37,710 bases of DNA, taken from a virus (taxonomy: Duplodnaviria; Caudoviricetes). A model generated the notes under the pieces. It was not told the origin of the DNA. It made no database searches and saw nothing but the letters and a program-made list of their open reading frames with translations. Position numbers and translations under genes: made by a program. Shown here piece after piece: positions 1 through 9,237 of the stretch (its first letter is position 1; each line of letters begins with the position of its first letter). The stretch is taken from IMG/VR virus record IMGVR_UViG_3300011114_000204, positions 1 to 37,710 of that record; one strand, 5' to 3'.

Positions 1-127
1 GGCCGAAGAAAGCTCCTATGGCGAAGTCGCGCAAGCAGGCCATCGCTATTGCATTGTCAGAAGCTGGGATGAGCAAAAAGAAGAAGTGATGGATCACTTT
101 TACGACCAGATCCAAGGTTGGTTTAAC
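1..127. repeat. Terminal direct repeat, left copy (assembly circularisation overlap)
   Basis: 1-127 (ggccgaagaa...ggtttaac) is identical to 37584-37710. 127 is a common assembler k-mer length, and genes read continuously across the junction. Confidence 0.97.
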
Positions 128-646
128 TTTGCAGATCCCTATTGCCGGGCTGTCAGGGAAGCATCTGACGGCGCGGTGTTTGTGGAACTGGGGTGCTGGA
201 AGGGCAAATCCTCCGTTTTTCTTGGCGTTGAGGTCATCAACTCAGGAAAGGCGATCTCTGTTCATTATGTCGATCACTGGGGTGGATCAAATGAGCCTGA
301 ACACAAAACTGATCCCGATTTGGAACGTGTTTTTGGGCTTTTTATGGACAGTATCGAGCGCCTGCATGGCCTTGATTGCATGGTGCATCGAGGCCGGACG
401 GTGGATGTTGCGGCAGACTTCGAAGATCGCAGCGTTGATTTCATCTGGGTTGATGCAGGCCATGAATATGATGAGGTCTTGGCTGACATCAAGGCTTGGT
501 GGCCGAAGCTAAGGGTGGGAGGCGTCATGGGCGGTGACGATTACCCTATGGATGGTGTAAAGTCTGCGGTGGAAGAATTTTTCCCCCAACACGAAGTCGG
601 CTCCGAAAGCGGCTGGCAGTGGTGGCGGGTCAGGAAGAGAGGCTGA
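86..646 (+). CDS. Class I SAM-dependent methyltransferase (Methyltransf_24-like)
   Basis: Motifs VELGCWKGKS, VDHW, DFIWVDAGHEY, WWPKLRVGGVMGGDDY. Start is GTG 86 or ATG 89, coupled to the upstream stop at 87-89. Confidence 0.88.
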   Translation: MMDHFYDQIQGWFNFADPYCRAVREASDGAVFVELGCWKGKSSVFLGVEVINSGKAISVHYVDHWGGSNEPEHKTDPDLERVFGLFMDSIERLHGLDCMVHRGRTVDVAADFEDRSVDFIWVDAGHEYDEVLADIKAWWPKLRVGGVMGGDDYPMDGVKSAVEEFFPQHEVGSESGWQWWRVRKRG

Positions 647-647
647 A

Positions 648-2891
648 ATGGCAAATCCCGTCACATCATTCGGCGCATATAACCCCGATCTGATCCCGAT
701 CAGCGCGGACGGCGTTCAGGACTCGGCTTACAACAGCGAAACCGGGTTTCTGACGCCTTATGATGTGCCGATGACGGACGAAGAGTTCCGCTATCGGGTT
801 GCCCAGGCCATCGAGGACGCCACAACCTACATCGACAGCTACATTGCGCCAGAACGTGAGCGCGCAATGTCGTTCTACTTGGGCGATCTCTTTGGAAATG
901 AAGAGGAAGGCCGCTCTCAGGTCATTATGACGGAGGTGCGCGACACCGTTTTATCGATGCTCCCGTCATTGCTGCGCATTTTCACTGGCGGCGACAAGCT
1001 TTTGGAGTTCATCCCGAAGTCTGCCGAGGACGTTCAGGCGGCTGAACAGGCCACAGACCTGATCAACTATATCTTCATGCAGGAAAACCCCGGTTTTCGC
1101 ATCCTCCATGACGCCATCAAGGACGCTCTGATCCTGAAAACAGGCGTTCTGACATGGTATGTCAGGACAGATGAGGTTGTGGAGTATTATTCCTATTCTG
1201 GCATCACGCAGGCAGAGGCAAGTTTCATCGCGCAAGACCCTGACGTCTCGGTCGAGGAATATACCGAGGAAACGGACCTGCTGACGGGCGAGCAGCGCAT
1301 TACAATGCGCATCAAACGCACCAAAAAGACGCCTCGATATGTGGTTGAATGCGTTCCTCCAGAGCAATTCCTGATCGACAACGAAGCCACCTGCATTGCA
1401 GACGCGATCTATGTGGCTCGGCGCAAGCTTGTGACAATTTCTGAGCTTGTCGAAATGGGATACGACCGGACAATCATCGAAGAAAACGCCGGAACCGGCG
1501 GGTTCGAGATGAATAACGAGGTTCTCGTCAGAAACCCGGCTGATCAGTCGTTTTTTGGACTCACTGCCCAGAATGATGAGGCTACGACCAAGGTCTACTA
1601 TGTCGAAAGCTACATCCGCATCGACAAAGACGGCGATGGCATTGCCGAACTGCACAAGGTCTGCTCGGTTGGCAACGGCTCCTATATTCTGCACGATGAA
1701 GTGGTGCAATATGCGCCATTCTCGCTGCTTGAGCCTGATCCGACGCCACATACGATCTTTGGCAAGTCGATTGCCGATCAGACGATGGATTTGCAACTGA
1801 TCAAATCCTCGATCATGCGAAACACGCTCGACAGCCTGGCGCAGTCGATCCATCCGCGCATGGTTGTGGTTGAAAACCAAGTGAACATCGACGACGTTAT
1901 GAACGTGGAGACAGGCGCCATCATCCGCGCCCGCGCCCCCGGCATGGTCTCGCCTCTTGTCGAGCCTTTTGTGGGCCAACAGGCGCTTGGTGTGATGGCC
2001 TATCTCGATGAGGTGAAGACCCAGCGCACAGGCATCTCCCGGACATCGCAGGGCCTAGACGCCGACGTCCTGCAATCGACCACACGGGCGGCAGTTCAGG
2101 CTCAATTGTCTGCATCTCAGGACCGTATCGAGATGATTGCAAGGCTTTTTGCCGATGGCATCAAGCGTTGCTTCCAAGGCGTCCTTCAACTGGTCATCCA
2201 GCACCAGGACAAGGCGAAGATCATCCGCCTGCGCAACAAGTTCGTTCCGGTCGATCCTCGCGGCTGGGACGCCACGATGGATATGGTCGTCAATATCTCG
2301 CTGGGGCGCGGCTCCGATGAAACACGCCTGATGGGGCTGGGCCAGATCGCCCAGATGCAGCAGGCGACCATCGAGAAATATGGACCAAACAATCCGCTGG
2401 TAAATCTCGAGCAGTTCCGCAACACGCTGGCGCAGATGACGACCTTGCAGGGCTTCCAAGATGCATCGCAATTCTGGAAGGAAGTAAACCCGCAGGAAGT
2501 TCAGGCGTTTATGATGCAGATGCAGGCGGGTTCCAACAAGCCTGATCCCGCGCAGTTGCTGGCTGACGTTGAGGCCGAGAAGGTCAAGGCTGACATCATC
2601 ATCAACGCGGCCAAGCAGGAACTGGATCGCCAGAAAGCCATCGCTGAGAATGATTACCGGCGCGATCAGATGTTCATCGACGCCATGCTGAAGGCTGCTG
2701 AGATCCAAGCCAAGTATGGGGCGCAGGTGGATATGGCGGTCATCAAGGCCGAGGTTGATCGCCAGCGAACCGAAATCCAAGAGGTCTTCAAGACGGCGCA
2801 GGCGTTCGCGCCTCCTGCCGCGCCACCGCCTGTTCCAATGCCGCAGGGGCCCATGATGCCGCCTGGGATGATGCCGCCGGGGATGCAGTAA
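648..2891 (+). CDS. Portal protein (P22/SU10-like podovirus type)
   Basis: 747 aa preceding scaffold and capsid genes. Motifs VRDTVLSMLPSLLRIF, DALILKTG, PHTIFGKSIAD; C-terminal coiled-coil barrel and Pro/Met-rich tail. Confidence 0.92.
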   Translation: MANPVTSFGAYNPDLIPISADGVQDSAYNSETGFLTPYDVPMTDEEFRYRVAQAIEDATTYIDSYIAPERERAMSFYLGDLFGNEEEGRSQVIMTEVRDTVLSMLPSLLRIFTGGDKLLEFIPKSAEDVQAAEQATDLINYIFMQENPGFRILHDAIKDALILKTGVLTWYVRTDEVVEYYSYSGITQAEASFIAQDPDVSVEEYTEETDLLTGEQRITMRIKRTKKTPRYVVECVPPEQFLIDNEATCIADAIYVARRKLVTISELVEMGYDRTIIEENAGTGGFEMNNEVLVRNPADQSFFGLTAQNDEATTKVYYVESYIRIDKDGDGIAELHKVCSVGNGSYILHDEVVQYAPFSLLEPDPTPHTIFGKSIADQTMDLQLIKSSIMRNTLDSLAQSIHPRMVVVENQVNIDDVMNVETGAIIRARAPGMVSPLVEPFVGQQALGVMAYLDEVKTQRTGISRTSQGLDADVLQSTTRAAVQAQLSASQDRIEMIARLFADGIKRCFQGVLQLVIQHQDKAKIIRLRNKFVPVDPRGWDATMDMVVNISLGRGSDETRLMGLGQIAQMQQATIEKYGPNNPLVNLEQFRNTLAQMTTLQGFQDASQFWKEVNPQEVQAFMMQMQAGSNKPDPAQLLADVEAEKVKADIIINAAKQELDRQKAIAENDYRRDQMFIDAMLKAAEIQAKYGAQVDMAVIKAEVDRQRTEIQEVFKTAQAFAPPAAPPPVPMPQGPMMPPGMMPPGMQ

Positions 2892-3149
2892 ATGTCCACC
2901 TTTGAACAGGAAGAACTGTGGCGCTCGGCCAAGGCTCTGGCCTCTGACAAGGCGACAGATGCCGTCCTGACCAGGCTTGAGCAACGGCTTATTGATGATT
3001 GGAAGCAGTCTGATCCAGTTGATCTGGAGGGGAGAGATGCCGCGTACCACATGGTCCGCGCCATAGCCGCGTTTCGGGCGGAACTGAACGCACTTGCGTC
3101 AGAGCCCGATATTGCGCGGTTTAACAACCGCTTGAAGCGGGCAAACTGA
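2892..3149 (+). CDS. Small conserved head-module protein
   Basis: 85-aa helical ORF abutting the portal stop, in the usual portal-X-scaffold position. Confidence 0.75.
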   Translation: MSTFEQEELWRSAKALASDKATDAVLTRLEQRLIDDWKQSDPVDLEGRDAAYHMVRAIAAFRAELNALASEPDIARFNNRLKRAN

Positions 3150-3162
3150 TGGGGTAACTTAT

Positions 3163-4176
3163 ATGTCAAATGCTGAGCAGTCGCAGCCTAGCGAAATCAG
3201 CCTAGCAGAAGCCGCTGAACGTATATCTGCAATGGAAGGCCCACCGGCCCAAACCAGACCAGATCGAAGGCAGAGGGCTAATGCCGAAGTCGATCAGACA
3301 GAGGCGGCGCTTGATTATGCCGATGAGACGTCCGAGACGGAGAACGAGGCATCAGATGACTATTCATCTGAGTTCGACGGCGAAGATGAGGCAGACTTAG
3401 GCGCGGACGACAATGGTGGCAAGGATAAACCTCTCGATCCGAACCGACTCGTAACCGTCAAGATCGACGGAAAGACAGTTGAGGTTCCGCTGAAGGAGGC
3501 TTTGGAAGGCTATCAAAGGCAGTCCGACTATTCGCGCAATTTCAACCAGTTGAGACAGGAGAAACAGCAGCTAGAAACTGAGCGGAGCCAGATGCAACAG
3601 GCTCTCAGTGCGGCGATTCCGATCCTGCAATCGCAGATCGAGCAAGAACCGGATTGGGTGCGGATACATCAGGAAGACCCGATCAATTATCCTCTCATTC
3701 GCGATCAATGGAACGACCGAAAACACCAGCTTGCAATGATGCAGCAGGAACAGGTTAGGCTCCAGATGGTCGAGCAAGAGCGGGAAATGGCTGCTAGACG
3801 GCAACTTGTAGAAGAGGGCCAGAAGTTCCTGGTTTCCACCTTCAAGGAGTGGTCTGATCCAGAGAAAATGCAGGCTTCGACCAAGAACCTTCGGGAATAC
3901 GGCCAAAAGGTAGGCTTTACTCCAGAAGAATTGGCGCAGGTGTATGATCCTCGTTATGTCGTCATCCTTGAAAAGGCCAGACGATATGATGCGCTGAATG
4001 CCCACCGTCCCAAGCCGAAGCAATCGGAAGGACCGAGGCCAATGCGGGCAGGTTCCACAACGTCTAATCCCCAACGCGGGAATGACATGGCGCGGATGCA
4101 ACAGCGTCTCAAAGCATCTGGCAGCGTCAATGATGCCGCTGCTTTATTTGGTCTGATGGACTCACGGAGAAGGTAA
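3163..4176 (+). CDS. Capsid scaffolding protein
   Basis: Acidic disordered N-terminus, TVKIDGKTVEVPLKEALEGYQRQSDYSR motif, coiled coil and C-terminal SGSVNDAAALF; directly upstream of the capsid gene. Confidence 0.9.
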   Translation: MSNAEQSQPSEISLAEAAERISAMEGPPAQTRPDRRQRANAEVDQTEAALDYADETSETENEASDDYSSEFDGEDEADLGADDNGGKDKPLDPNRLVTVKIDGKTVEVPLKEALEGYQRQSDYSRNFNQLRQEKQQLETERSQMQQALSAAIPILQSQIEQEPDWVRIHQEDPINYPLIRDQWNDRKHQLAMMQQEQVRLQMVEQEREMAARRQLVEEGQKFLVSTFKEWSDPEKMQASTKNLREYGQKVGFTPEELAQVYDPRYVVILEKARRYDALNAHRPKPKQSEGPRPMRAGSTTSNPQRGNDMARMQQRLKASGSVNDAAALFGLMDSRRR

Positions 4177-4177
4177 A

Positions 4178-5161
4178 ATGGCATCTCTCAGCAAAGTCAC
4201 CACCTATGACGCGGCCAATGAAATCCGCGAAGATCTCTCTAACATCATCTACGACATTTCGCCCGTAGATACGCCGTTCATGTCCAACATTGGGCGTGAC
4301 ACCTGCAAGAACACCTACTTCGAATGGCAGGTTGATGCGCTCGCTGCGGCCAGCACATCGAATGCTGCCGTCGAAGGCGCGGCTGCTGGCAACGCTGACT
4401 TCACGGATACCGTCCGTGTCGCCAACTACACGCAGATCAGCACCAAGGTCATCTCGGTCTCTGGCACCGATGATGCCGTGGATAATGCAGGAATGCGCAC
4501 ACAGATGGCCTATCAAACCGCCAAAAGTAGCAAAGAGCTAAAAAGGGACATGGAGGCTATCCTTACCAGTAACCAAGCTGGCGTTGCTGGTAACAGTTCT
4601 TCAACCCCTCGCAAGACGGCTGGTCTGCCTACTTGGCTGATCACCAACTCGCAGGCCAATGCGGCGACTGTCTCGGCCATGTCTGGCTCTGGCGGCAATG
4701 GCTATCCCAGCACCGCCTGGACCGGCCTTTCCACCTCGACGGACGTGGCTCTGACCGAGACCATGCTTAAGACTGCTATCCAGCAGGTCTGGGAGCAGGG
4801 CGGCGATGCCAAGATGTTCATGGTGAACGCCTACAACAAGACTGTAGCGTCTGCCTTCTCTGGTCTGTCTCAGCAGCGCCAGATGAACACTGGTGTTGCT
4901 CCGCTCAAGATAATCGCGACGGCGGATATTTATTTGGGGGATTTTGGCGAGGTGTCCATTGTCCCAAATAGGTTTTCGCCTGGCAACTTTGGCTTCGTGC
5001 TGGACCCCGAGTACATCTCGGTCGCTTACCTCCGTCCGTTCCAGACGTTCGACATCGCCAAGACCGGCGACTTCGACAAGAAGGAAATGGTGGTTGAATA
5101 TGGTCTCCGCATGAAGTCTGAAAAGGCCAATGCGGTGATCGCCAACATCATTCCTTCCTGA
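4178..5161 (+). CDS. Major capsid protein (DUF5309/SU10-type HK97 fold)
   Basis: REDLSNIIYDISPVDTPF, YFEWQVD, NYTQI, KELKRDME, LRPFQT, KTGD and VEYGL motifs; strongly biased codon usage; double stop TGATAA. Confidence 0.93.
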   Translation: MASLSKVTTYDAANEIREDLSNIIYDISPVDTPFMSNIGRDTCKNTYFEWQVDALAAASTSNAAVEGAAAGNADFTDTVRVANYTQISTKVISVSGTDDAVDNAGMRTQMAYQTAKSSKELKRDMEAILTSNQAGVAGNSSSTPRKTAGLPTWLITNSQANAATVSAMSGSGGNGYPSTAWTGLSTSTDVALTETMLKTAIQQVWEQGGDAKMFMVNAYNKTVASAFSGLSQQRQMNTGVAPLKIIATADIYLGDFGEVSIVPNRFSPGNFGFVLDPEYISVAYLRPFQTFDIAKTGDFDKKEMVVEYGLRMKSEKANAVIANIIPS

Positions 5162-5169
5162 TAACAAAT

Positions 5170-5202
5170 GGAGCCGGGTTAACCCCCGGCTCCTACCTTT
5201 CT
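5170..5202 (+). terminator. Stem-loop after the capsid gene (leaky terminator or mRNA stabiliser)
   Basis: GGAGCCGGG (5170-5178), loop TTAACC, CCCGGCTCC (5185-5193), followed by a weak tract taccttt. Confidence 0.6.
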
Positions 5203-5213
5203 GGGAGAGGACA

Positions 5214-5543
5214 ATGGCTGAGAATTTCGCGCCTGGTTCATTTGAACTGGCCTATGACTCGCTCACTGGCACACGCCAGCAGATGCACTTTACGACAGAT
5301 AACAAGATCGTCCTTGAGACCACGGTTGAGATCGACCAGATTGCCGAGCAAAACAAGGCGATCAGGAATGAGATCAGCAGGACTGACAAGCTCCCTGATG
5401 GCATGGTCAAGGTCGCATCAATTCCGATGGTCCTCTATATGGATCTGAAGCAACGTGGTATTCTTGGCGACAAGGTGGCGCTGCGCAAATGGCTGATGAC
5501 TGATGAGGCGGCGCCCTACAGAACGCACTGGATGACGAGCTAA
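5214..5543 (+). CDS. Conserved hypothetical head-completion-region protein
   Basis: RBS GAGAGG; KVASIPMVLY...LRKWL motif; sits between capsid and adaptor. Confidence 0.75.
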   Translation: MAENFAPGSFELAYDSLTGTRQQMHFTTDNKIVLETTVEIDQIAEQNKAIRNEISRTDKLPDGMVKVASIPMVLYMDLKQRGILGDKVALRKWLMTDEAAPYRTHWMTS

Positions 5544-6163
5544 TGGGCACAATCACGAACTACGCCACGTTGCAGTCAGCCATTGCTGACTATCTGAACC
5601 GTGCTGATCTGACATCCCAGATCCAGACGTTCATCCAGTTTTGCGAGGCTGATCTGAATACGCGGTTGCGTTCGCGTGAGATGATCGTCCATGCAACGTC
5701 TACCAGCGATGGCGAGTTTGTGGCGCTCCCTCCTGATTGGCTGGAAGCCATCAACATGATGATTGTGGGCGGTCAAAGCCCCCTGCGTTATGTGACGCCG
5801 GATGAGGCTGATTCGATCATCAAGGCTCAGATCTATACCAGCACCAGGTTCTACTCGATGACCACTGGCGTCATTGAACTGGTCCCGCCTGCGGTCGATG
5901 AGATCACCATCGACATGGTTTACTATGGGAAGATCCCTGCGCTATCAAACACCAACACAACAAATTGGCTTCTGACCAAAGCGCCAGACGTTTACCTTTA
6001 TGGCGCTCTCACCCATGCAGCACCGTTCCTGATGGATGATCAGAGGATGCCGGTCTTCAGCCAGATTTATCTGGCTCGCGTTCAGTCCTTGCAGGATGAA
6101 TCACAGAAAGCACTGCATAGCGGATCGCCGCTCATCGCCCGTCCACGCGGCATCTACGGTTAA
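5543..6163 (+). CDS. Head-tail adaptor / tail tubular protein A-like
   Basis: ITNYATLQSAIADYLNRADLT, ALPPDWLE, TNWLLTKAPDVYLYGAL motifs typical of podovirus adaptors; TAATG coupling. Confidence 0.8.
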   Translation: MGTITNYATLQSAIADYLNRADLTSQIQTFIQFCEADLNTRLRSREMIVHATSTSDGEFVALPPDWLEAINMMIVGGQSPLRYVTPDEADSIIKAQIYTSTRFYSMTTGVIELVPPAVDEITIDMVYYGKIPALSNTNTTNWLLTKAPDVYLYGALTHAAPFLMDDQRMPVFSQIYLARVQSLQDESQKALHSGSPLIARPRGIYG

Positions 6164-6172
6164 GGAGCTATC

Positions 6173-6601
6173 ATGTCAAAGTCTAATGCCTTCGAAAACT
6201 CGCTGCTGAAGCTGATCTTCAACGCTACAGCCATCGCCAATCTGGCTGATAATGCTGCGTCTTCGCCGCTGACCAATCTCTATGTGTCGCTCCACACGGC
6301 GGACCCTGGTGAGGCCGGTGATCAGTCCACCAGCGAGGCAACTTATACGGGCTACGCTCGGGTGGCGGTTGCTCGCACAACAGGCGGATGGACGGTGACA
6401 AACAACAGCGTCTCGCCTGTCGCCAACATTGACTTTGCTAACTGCACTGGCGGAACCAACACGATCACCTATTTCGGCGTTGGAACGGCATCGAGCGGCG
6501 CTGGCGTTCTCTATTACAGCGGCACAGTCAGCCCTAGCATCTCCGTCAGTTCCGGCGTGACGCCTCGCCTGACGACTGCCTCGACAATCACTGAGGACTA
6601 A
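6173..6601 (+). CDS. Virion structural protein (tail/fibre associated)
   Basis: SNAFENSLLKLIFN, LYVSLHTADPGEAG, YTGYARVAV, ITYFGVGTASSG; a widespread phage structural family; RBS AAGGAG. Confidence 0.75.
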   Translation: MSKSNAFENSLLKLIFNATAIANLADNAASSPLTNLYVSLHTADPGEAGDQSTSEATYTGYARVAVARTTGGWTVTNNSVSPVANIDFANCTGGTNTITYFGVGTASSGAGVLYYSGTVSPSISVSSGVTPRLTTASTITED

Positions 6602-6606
6602 AGCCA

Positions 6607-6999
6607 ATGGCATTTGTGACCGCAGATCGTGTTCGAGACACATCGACCACGGCTGGTTCTGGCTCGTTCTCGGTATCGGGAACAGCGCCAACTGGCTATC
6701 GGACGTTTTCTGCGGTCTTGTCTGTCAATGACACCTTCTATTATTCGATCCAGCATCAAACGCTGAACGAATGGGAAGTTGGGCTTGGAACTTACTCGTC
6801 TGCAAACACGTTTGCGCGGACTACCATCTACTCGTCATCAAACTCCGGTTCCGCCGTCACATTTTCGGCAGGCACTAAAGACGTTTTCATCACAATGGCA
6901 GCGGCAAGATCGCTCCAACTTGATGCATCTGGAAATATGACACCTCCGCTCAATCGAGCAACAAATATCTTCATTGCCAACTACTTTGGAGGCTTCTGA
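6607..6999 (+). CDS. Virion structural protein (fibre-attachment-like)
   Basis: ADRVRDTSTTAGSG, EWEVGLGTY, SSNSGSAVTFSAGTKDVFIT; a common phage fibre N-terminal module. Confidence 0.72.
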   Translation: MAFVTADRVRDTSTTAGSGSFSVSGTAPTGYRTFSAVLSVNDTFYYSIQHQTLNEWEVGLGTYSSANTFARTTIYSSSNSGSAVTFSAGTKDVFITMAAARSLQLDASGNMTPPLNRATNIFIANYFGGF

Positions 7000-7481
7000 T
7001 GCCTGTAACATCGACACCAATCTTTACCCAGACGCCTAATGTTGGGGCTCTCAATGCCATTGTCTCAACGGCGATGACCAACACCAAGGCGTTTGACGGA
7101 ACTGAAACTGCGGGAACGGCTTTGGCTTTGTGCTACACGGCTGGCGCAAACGGTTCCCGCATTGATCAGGTACAAATCAAATTTGCGTCCACAAATGGCG
7201 CAACTGCATCTGGCACATCAAATGCCACGGTTCTTCGATTTTGGATGAACAATGGATCGGCCAACACGACTGCGGGAAACAACATTTTCCTTGGTGAGGT
7301 TGCTTTGCCAGCGACTGCTGTAACGGCATTGGCTACCTCCGCGAATACAGTTTATTCGCTGGCGCTTCCTCTTGGCGGCCTTAACATCCCAGCCAGTTAT
7401 CGTATCTATGCCGGGTTAACCGTGGCCGCTGGCGGGACAAACATCGCGATTGCAGTCAATGCTGTTGGTGGGGACTACTAA
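6999..7481 (+). CDS. Putative virion beta-rich protein
   Basis: Ala/Thr-rich, TAGANGSRID motif, ends GGDY; translationally coupled on both sides. Confidence 0.65.
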   Translation: MPVTSTPIFTQTPNVGALNAIVSTAMTNTKAFDGTETAGTALALCYTAGANGSRIDQVQIKFASTNGATASGTSNATVLRFWMNNGSANTTAGNNIFLGEVALPATAVTALATSANTVYSLALPLGGLNIPASYRIYAGLTVAAGGTNIAIAVNAVGGDY

Positions 7482-8653
7482 TGGCGACTCCGCAACAGCT
7501 TGCAGCCTTTAACTATGCTGTGCCGGGTCCATTGCAATGGCAAGCTGTTCAGACTACCAGCTTCGCGGCAGTCGCTGGGCGGGCTTATCTCGTAAACACA
7601 ACCTCTGGCGCGGTGACAGTCACTCTCCCTGCGAGCCCGACTATTGGGCAAATGGTGCAGATCACTGACTATGCTGGGACGTTTGCCACTAATGTCTGCA
7701 CTGTTGCTCGCAATGGTTCCAACATAAATGGCTTGGCATCAAACTCAACTCTAAATGTAAATCGTGAAAGCGTTTGTTTCGTTTATACTGACGCGACACA
7801 GGGCTGGGTTGGGTCTTTCGCATTTATAGCCACGGGGCTTGGGACAGGCTACACAGCGTCTTACCTGATCGTTGCGGGTGGCGCTGGAGGCGGCGGCATA
7901 AATGGCGGCGGAGGTGGCGCTGGAGGATTCCTCACGGGATCGACAAATCTCACGCCGAGCACAGTTTACACAGTCACTGTCGGCGCTGGTGGATCGGCTG
8001 GAACTAATTCCGCAGACGGTGGGTCTGGCGGAACATCATCTATTTCTTCCAGTATAGGGTCTGCGGTCGGCGGCGGCGGCGGCGCATATAACACATTCCC
8101 CACAGCGCGAAGTGGCGTTTCTGGCGGTTCTGGCGGTGGCGGTAGCCCCGGCAGCGGAACTGGTAGCAGCGGCGCTGGGGGCTCTGGAACATCTGGGCAA
8201 GGTAACGCTGGCGGCACTGGATACTTCTCTGGTGTGTATGGTGCAGGCGGCGGTGGTGGTGGCGCGAGCGCAGTTGGTGGTAATGGCAGCGCGGGTCTCG
8301 CTGGTGGAGCAGGAACAGCATCTTCCATCACTGGCGCTTCTGTAACCTATGCGGGTGGCGGTGGTGGCGGCGGGGATAGCCGTGGCGCGACTGGTGGTGC
8401 TGGTGGCGCGGGCGGCGGTGGCGCTGGCAGTACATCTGGGAATGGAACTGCTGGTACGGCTAATACTGGCGGTGGTGGTGGCGGTGCTGGCTTTTCGGGC
8501 GGCACGGCTGGCGGCGCAGGTGGCTCTGGCGTAGTCATTCTATCTGTCCCTACGGCGAACTATACGGGGACCACAACCGGCTCGCCCACAGTGACTACAA
8601 GCGGTTCCAACACGATCCTAAAATTCACTGCATCAGGCTCATACACTGCTTAA
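7481..8653 (+). CDS. Glycine-rich-domain virion protein (fibre/decoration)
   Basis: N-terminal YLVNTTSGAVTVTLPASP...TDYAGTF module, then YLIVAGGAGGG...GGGGAGG...ANTGGGGGG...GGSGVVIL glycine-rich domain. Confidence 0.8.
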   Translation: MATPQQLAAFNYAVPGPLQWQAVQTTSFAAVAGRAYLVNTTSGAVTVTLPASPTIGQMVQITDYAGTFATNVCTVARNGSNINGLASNSTLNVNRESVCFVYTDATQGWVGSFAFIATGLGTGYTASYLIVAGGAGGGGINGGGGGAGGFLTGSTNLTPSTVYTVTVGAGGSAGTNSADGGSGGTSSISSSIGSAVGGGGGAYNTFPTARSGVSGGSGGGGSPGSGTGSSGAGGSGTSGQGNAGGTGYFSGVYGAGGGGGGASAVGGNGSAGLAGGAGTASSITGASVTYAGGGGGGGDSRGATGGAGGAGGGGAGSTSGNGTAGTANTGGGGGGAGFSGGTAGGAGGSGVVILSVPTANYTGTTTGSPTVTTSGSNTILKFTASGSYTA

Positions 8654-8664
8654 AGGAGGCAGCT

Positions 8665-9045
8665 TTGTCACACTTCGCAAAGGTCTTAGACGGTCGCGTG
8701 ATACAGGTCATTGTCGCGGAGCCTGAGTTCTTCAATACATTTGTGGACTCGTCGCCCGGCCAGTGGCTTCAGACCAGCTACAATACTCGCGGAAACGTTC
8801 ACTATGGGCCAGACAGAAAGCCTGATGGTGGTGAAGCCCTGCGCGGCAACTACGCTGGGATTGGCTATACCTACGATGCTGTTAATGATGTTTTCTACGC
8901 ACCGCAGCCCTATGCGTCATGGACTCTGAGCCAGACCACATGGTTGTGGGAGCCGCCTGTTGCATATCCTGATGATGGGGCGCTGTATGCTTGGGATGAG
9001 GTTACGGTGGGCTGGAAAGTTGTTCCGGCTATAGAGGCAGCCTAA
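8665..9045 (+). CDS. Conserved hypothetical protein usually paired with Gly-rich-domain genes
   Basis: MSHFAKV, WLQTSYNT, RGNYAGIGYTYD...FYAPQPYASW motifs; TTG start behind strong RBS AAGGAGG. Confidence 0.8.
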   Translation: MSHFAKVLDGRVIQVIVAEPEFFNTFVDSSPGQWLQTSYNTRGNVHYGPDRKPDGGEALRGNYAGIGYTYDAVNDVFYAPQPYASWTLSQTTWLWEPPVAYPDDGALYAWDEVTVGWKVVPAIEAA

Positions 9046-9080
9046 ACGAAAGACCCCGGCCTAATCAAATAGACCGGGGT
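9044..9080 (-). terminator. Rho-independent terminator of the minus-strand sRNA
   Basis: Minus strand ACCCCGGUCUA-uuugau-UAGGCCGGGGU followed by CUUUCGUUU. Confidence 0.8.
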
Positions 9081-9169
9081 AAGTGTTTCGAACAAATCAC
9101 TGAAGGGTCTGAGCCACAGGCGGCAACGCGCAACCTTCGCCACATGTAAGCCAAGGACCATTCCTTGAC
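9044..9169 (-). ncRNA. Putative structured small RNA (~125 nt), possibly speF/alpha-r45 (SmrC45/BjrC1505)-like
   Basis: On the minus strand: 5' hairpin GUCAAGGA-augg-UCCUUGGC; core UUACAUGUGGCGAAGGUU...GACCCUUCAGUGAUUUGUUCGAAACACUU; 11-bp terminator plus U-tract. Both outer stems close with G-U pairs only in this orientation, and a promoter lies upstream. The family resemblance is from memory. Confidence 0.7.
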
Positions 9170-9175
9170 GCTTCC

Positions 9176-9203
9176 AATGTGGCATGGTCTTCGATGGTGT
9201 CAA
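9176..9203 (-). promoter_or_regulatory. sigma70-type promoter for the sRNA
   Basis: Minus strand TTGACA (9203-9198), N16, CACATT (9181-9176). GCCACATT resembles the Caulobacter -10 consensus GCtANAWC. The 5' hairpin starts about 7 nt downstream. Confidence 0.6.
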
Positions 9204-9208
9204 TCTTT

Positions 9209-9237
9209 TTGACCGTGAAGCCCACACAATGTAGAAT
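9209..9237 (+). promoter_or_regulatory. sigma70-type promoter upstream of the lysis cassette
   Basis: TTGACC (9209-9214), N17, TAGAAT (9232-9237), 26 nt before ATG 9264. Confidence 0.65.

Noticed and set aside
1-127. Biological direct terminal repeat
   Set aside because: The length equals a common assembler k-mer and it cuts through coding sequence; it is a circularisation artefact.
5159-5164. Capsid read-through or frameshift extension
   Set aside because: Tandem stops TGA TAA and no obvious slippery sequence.
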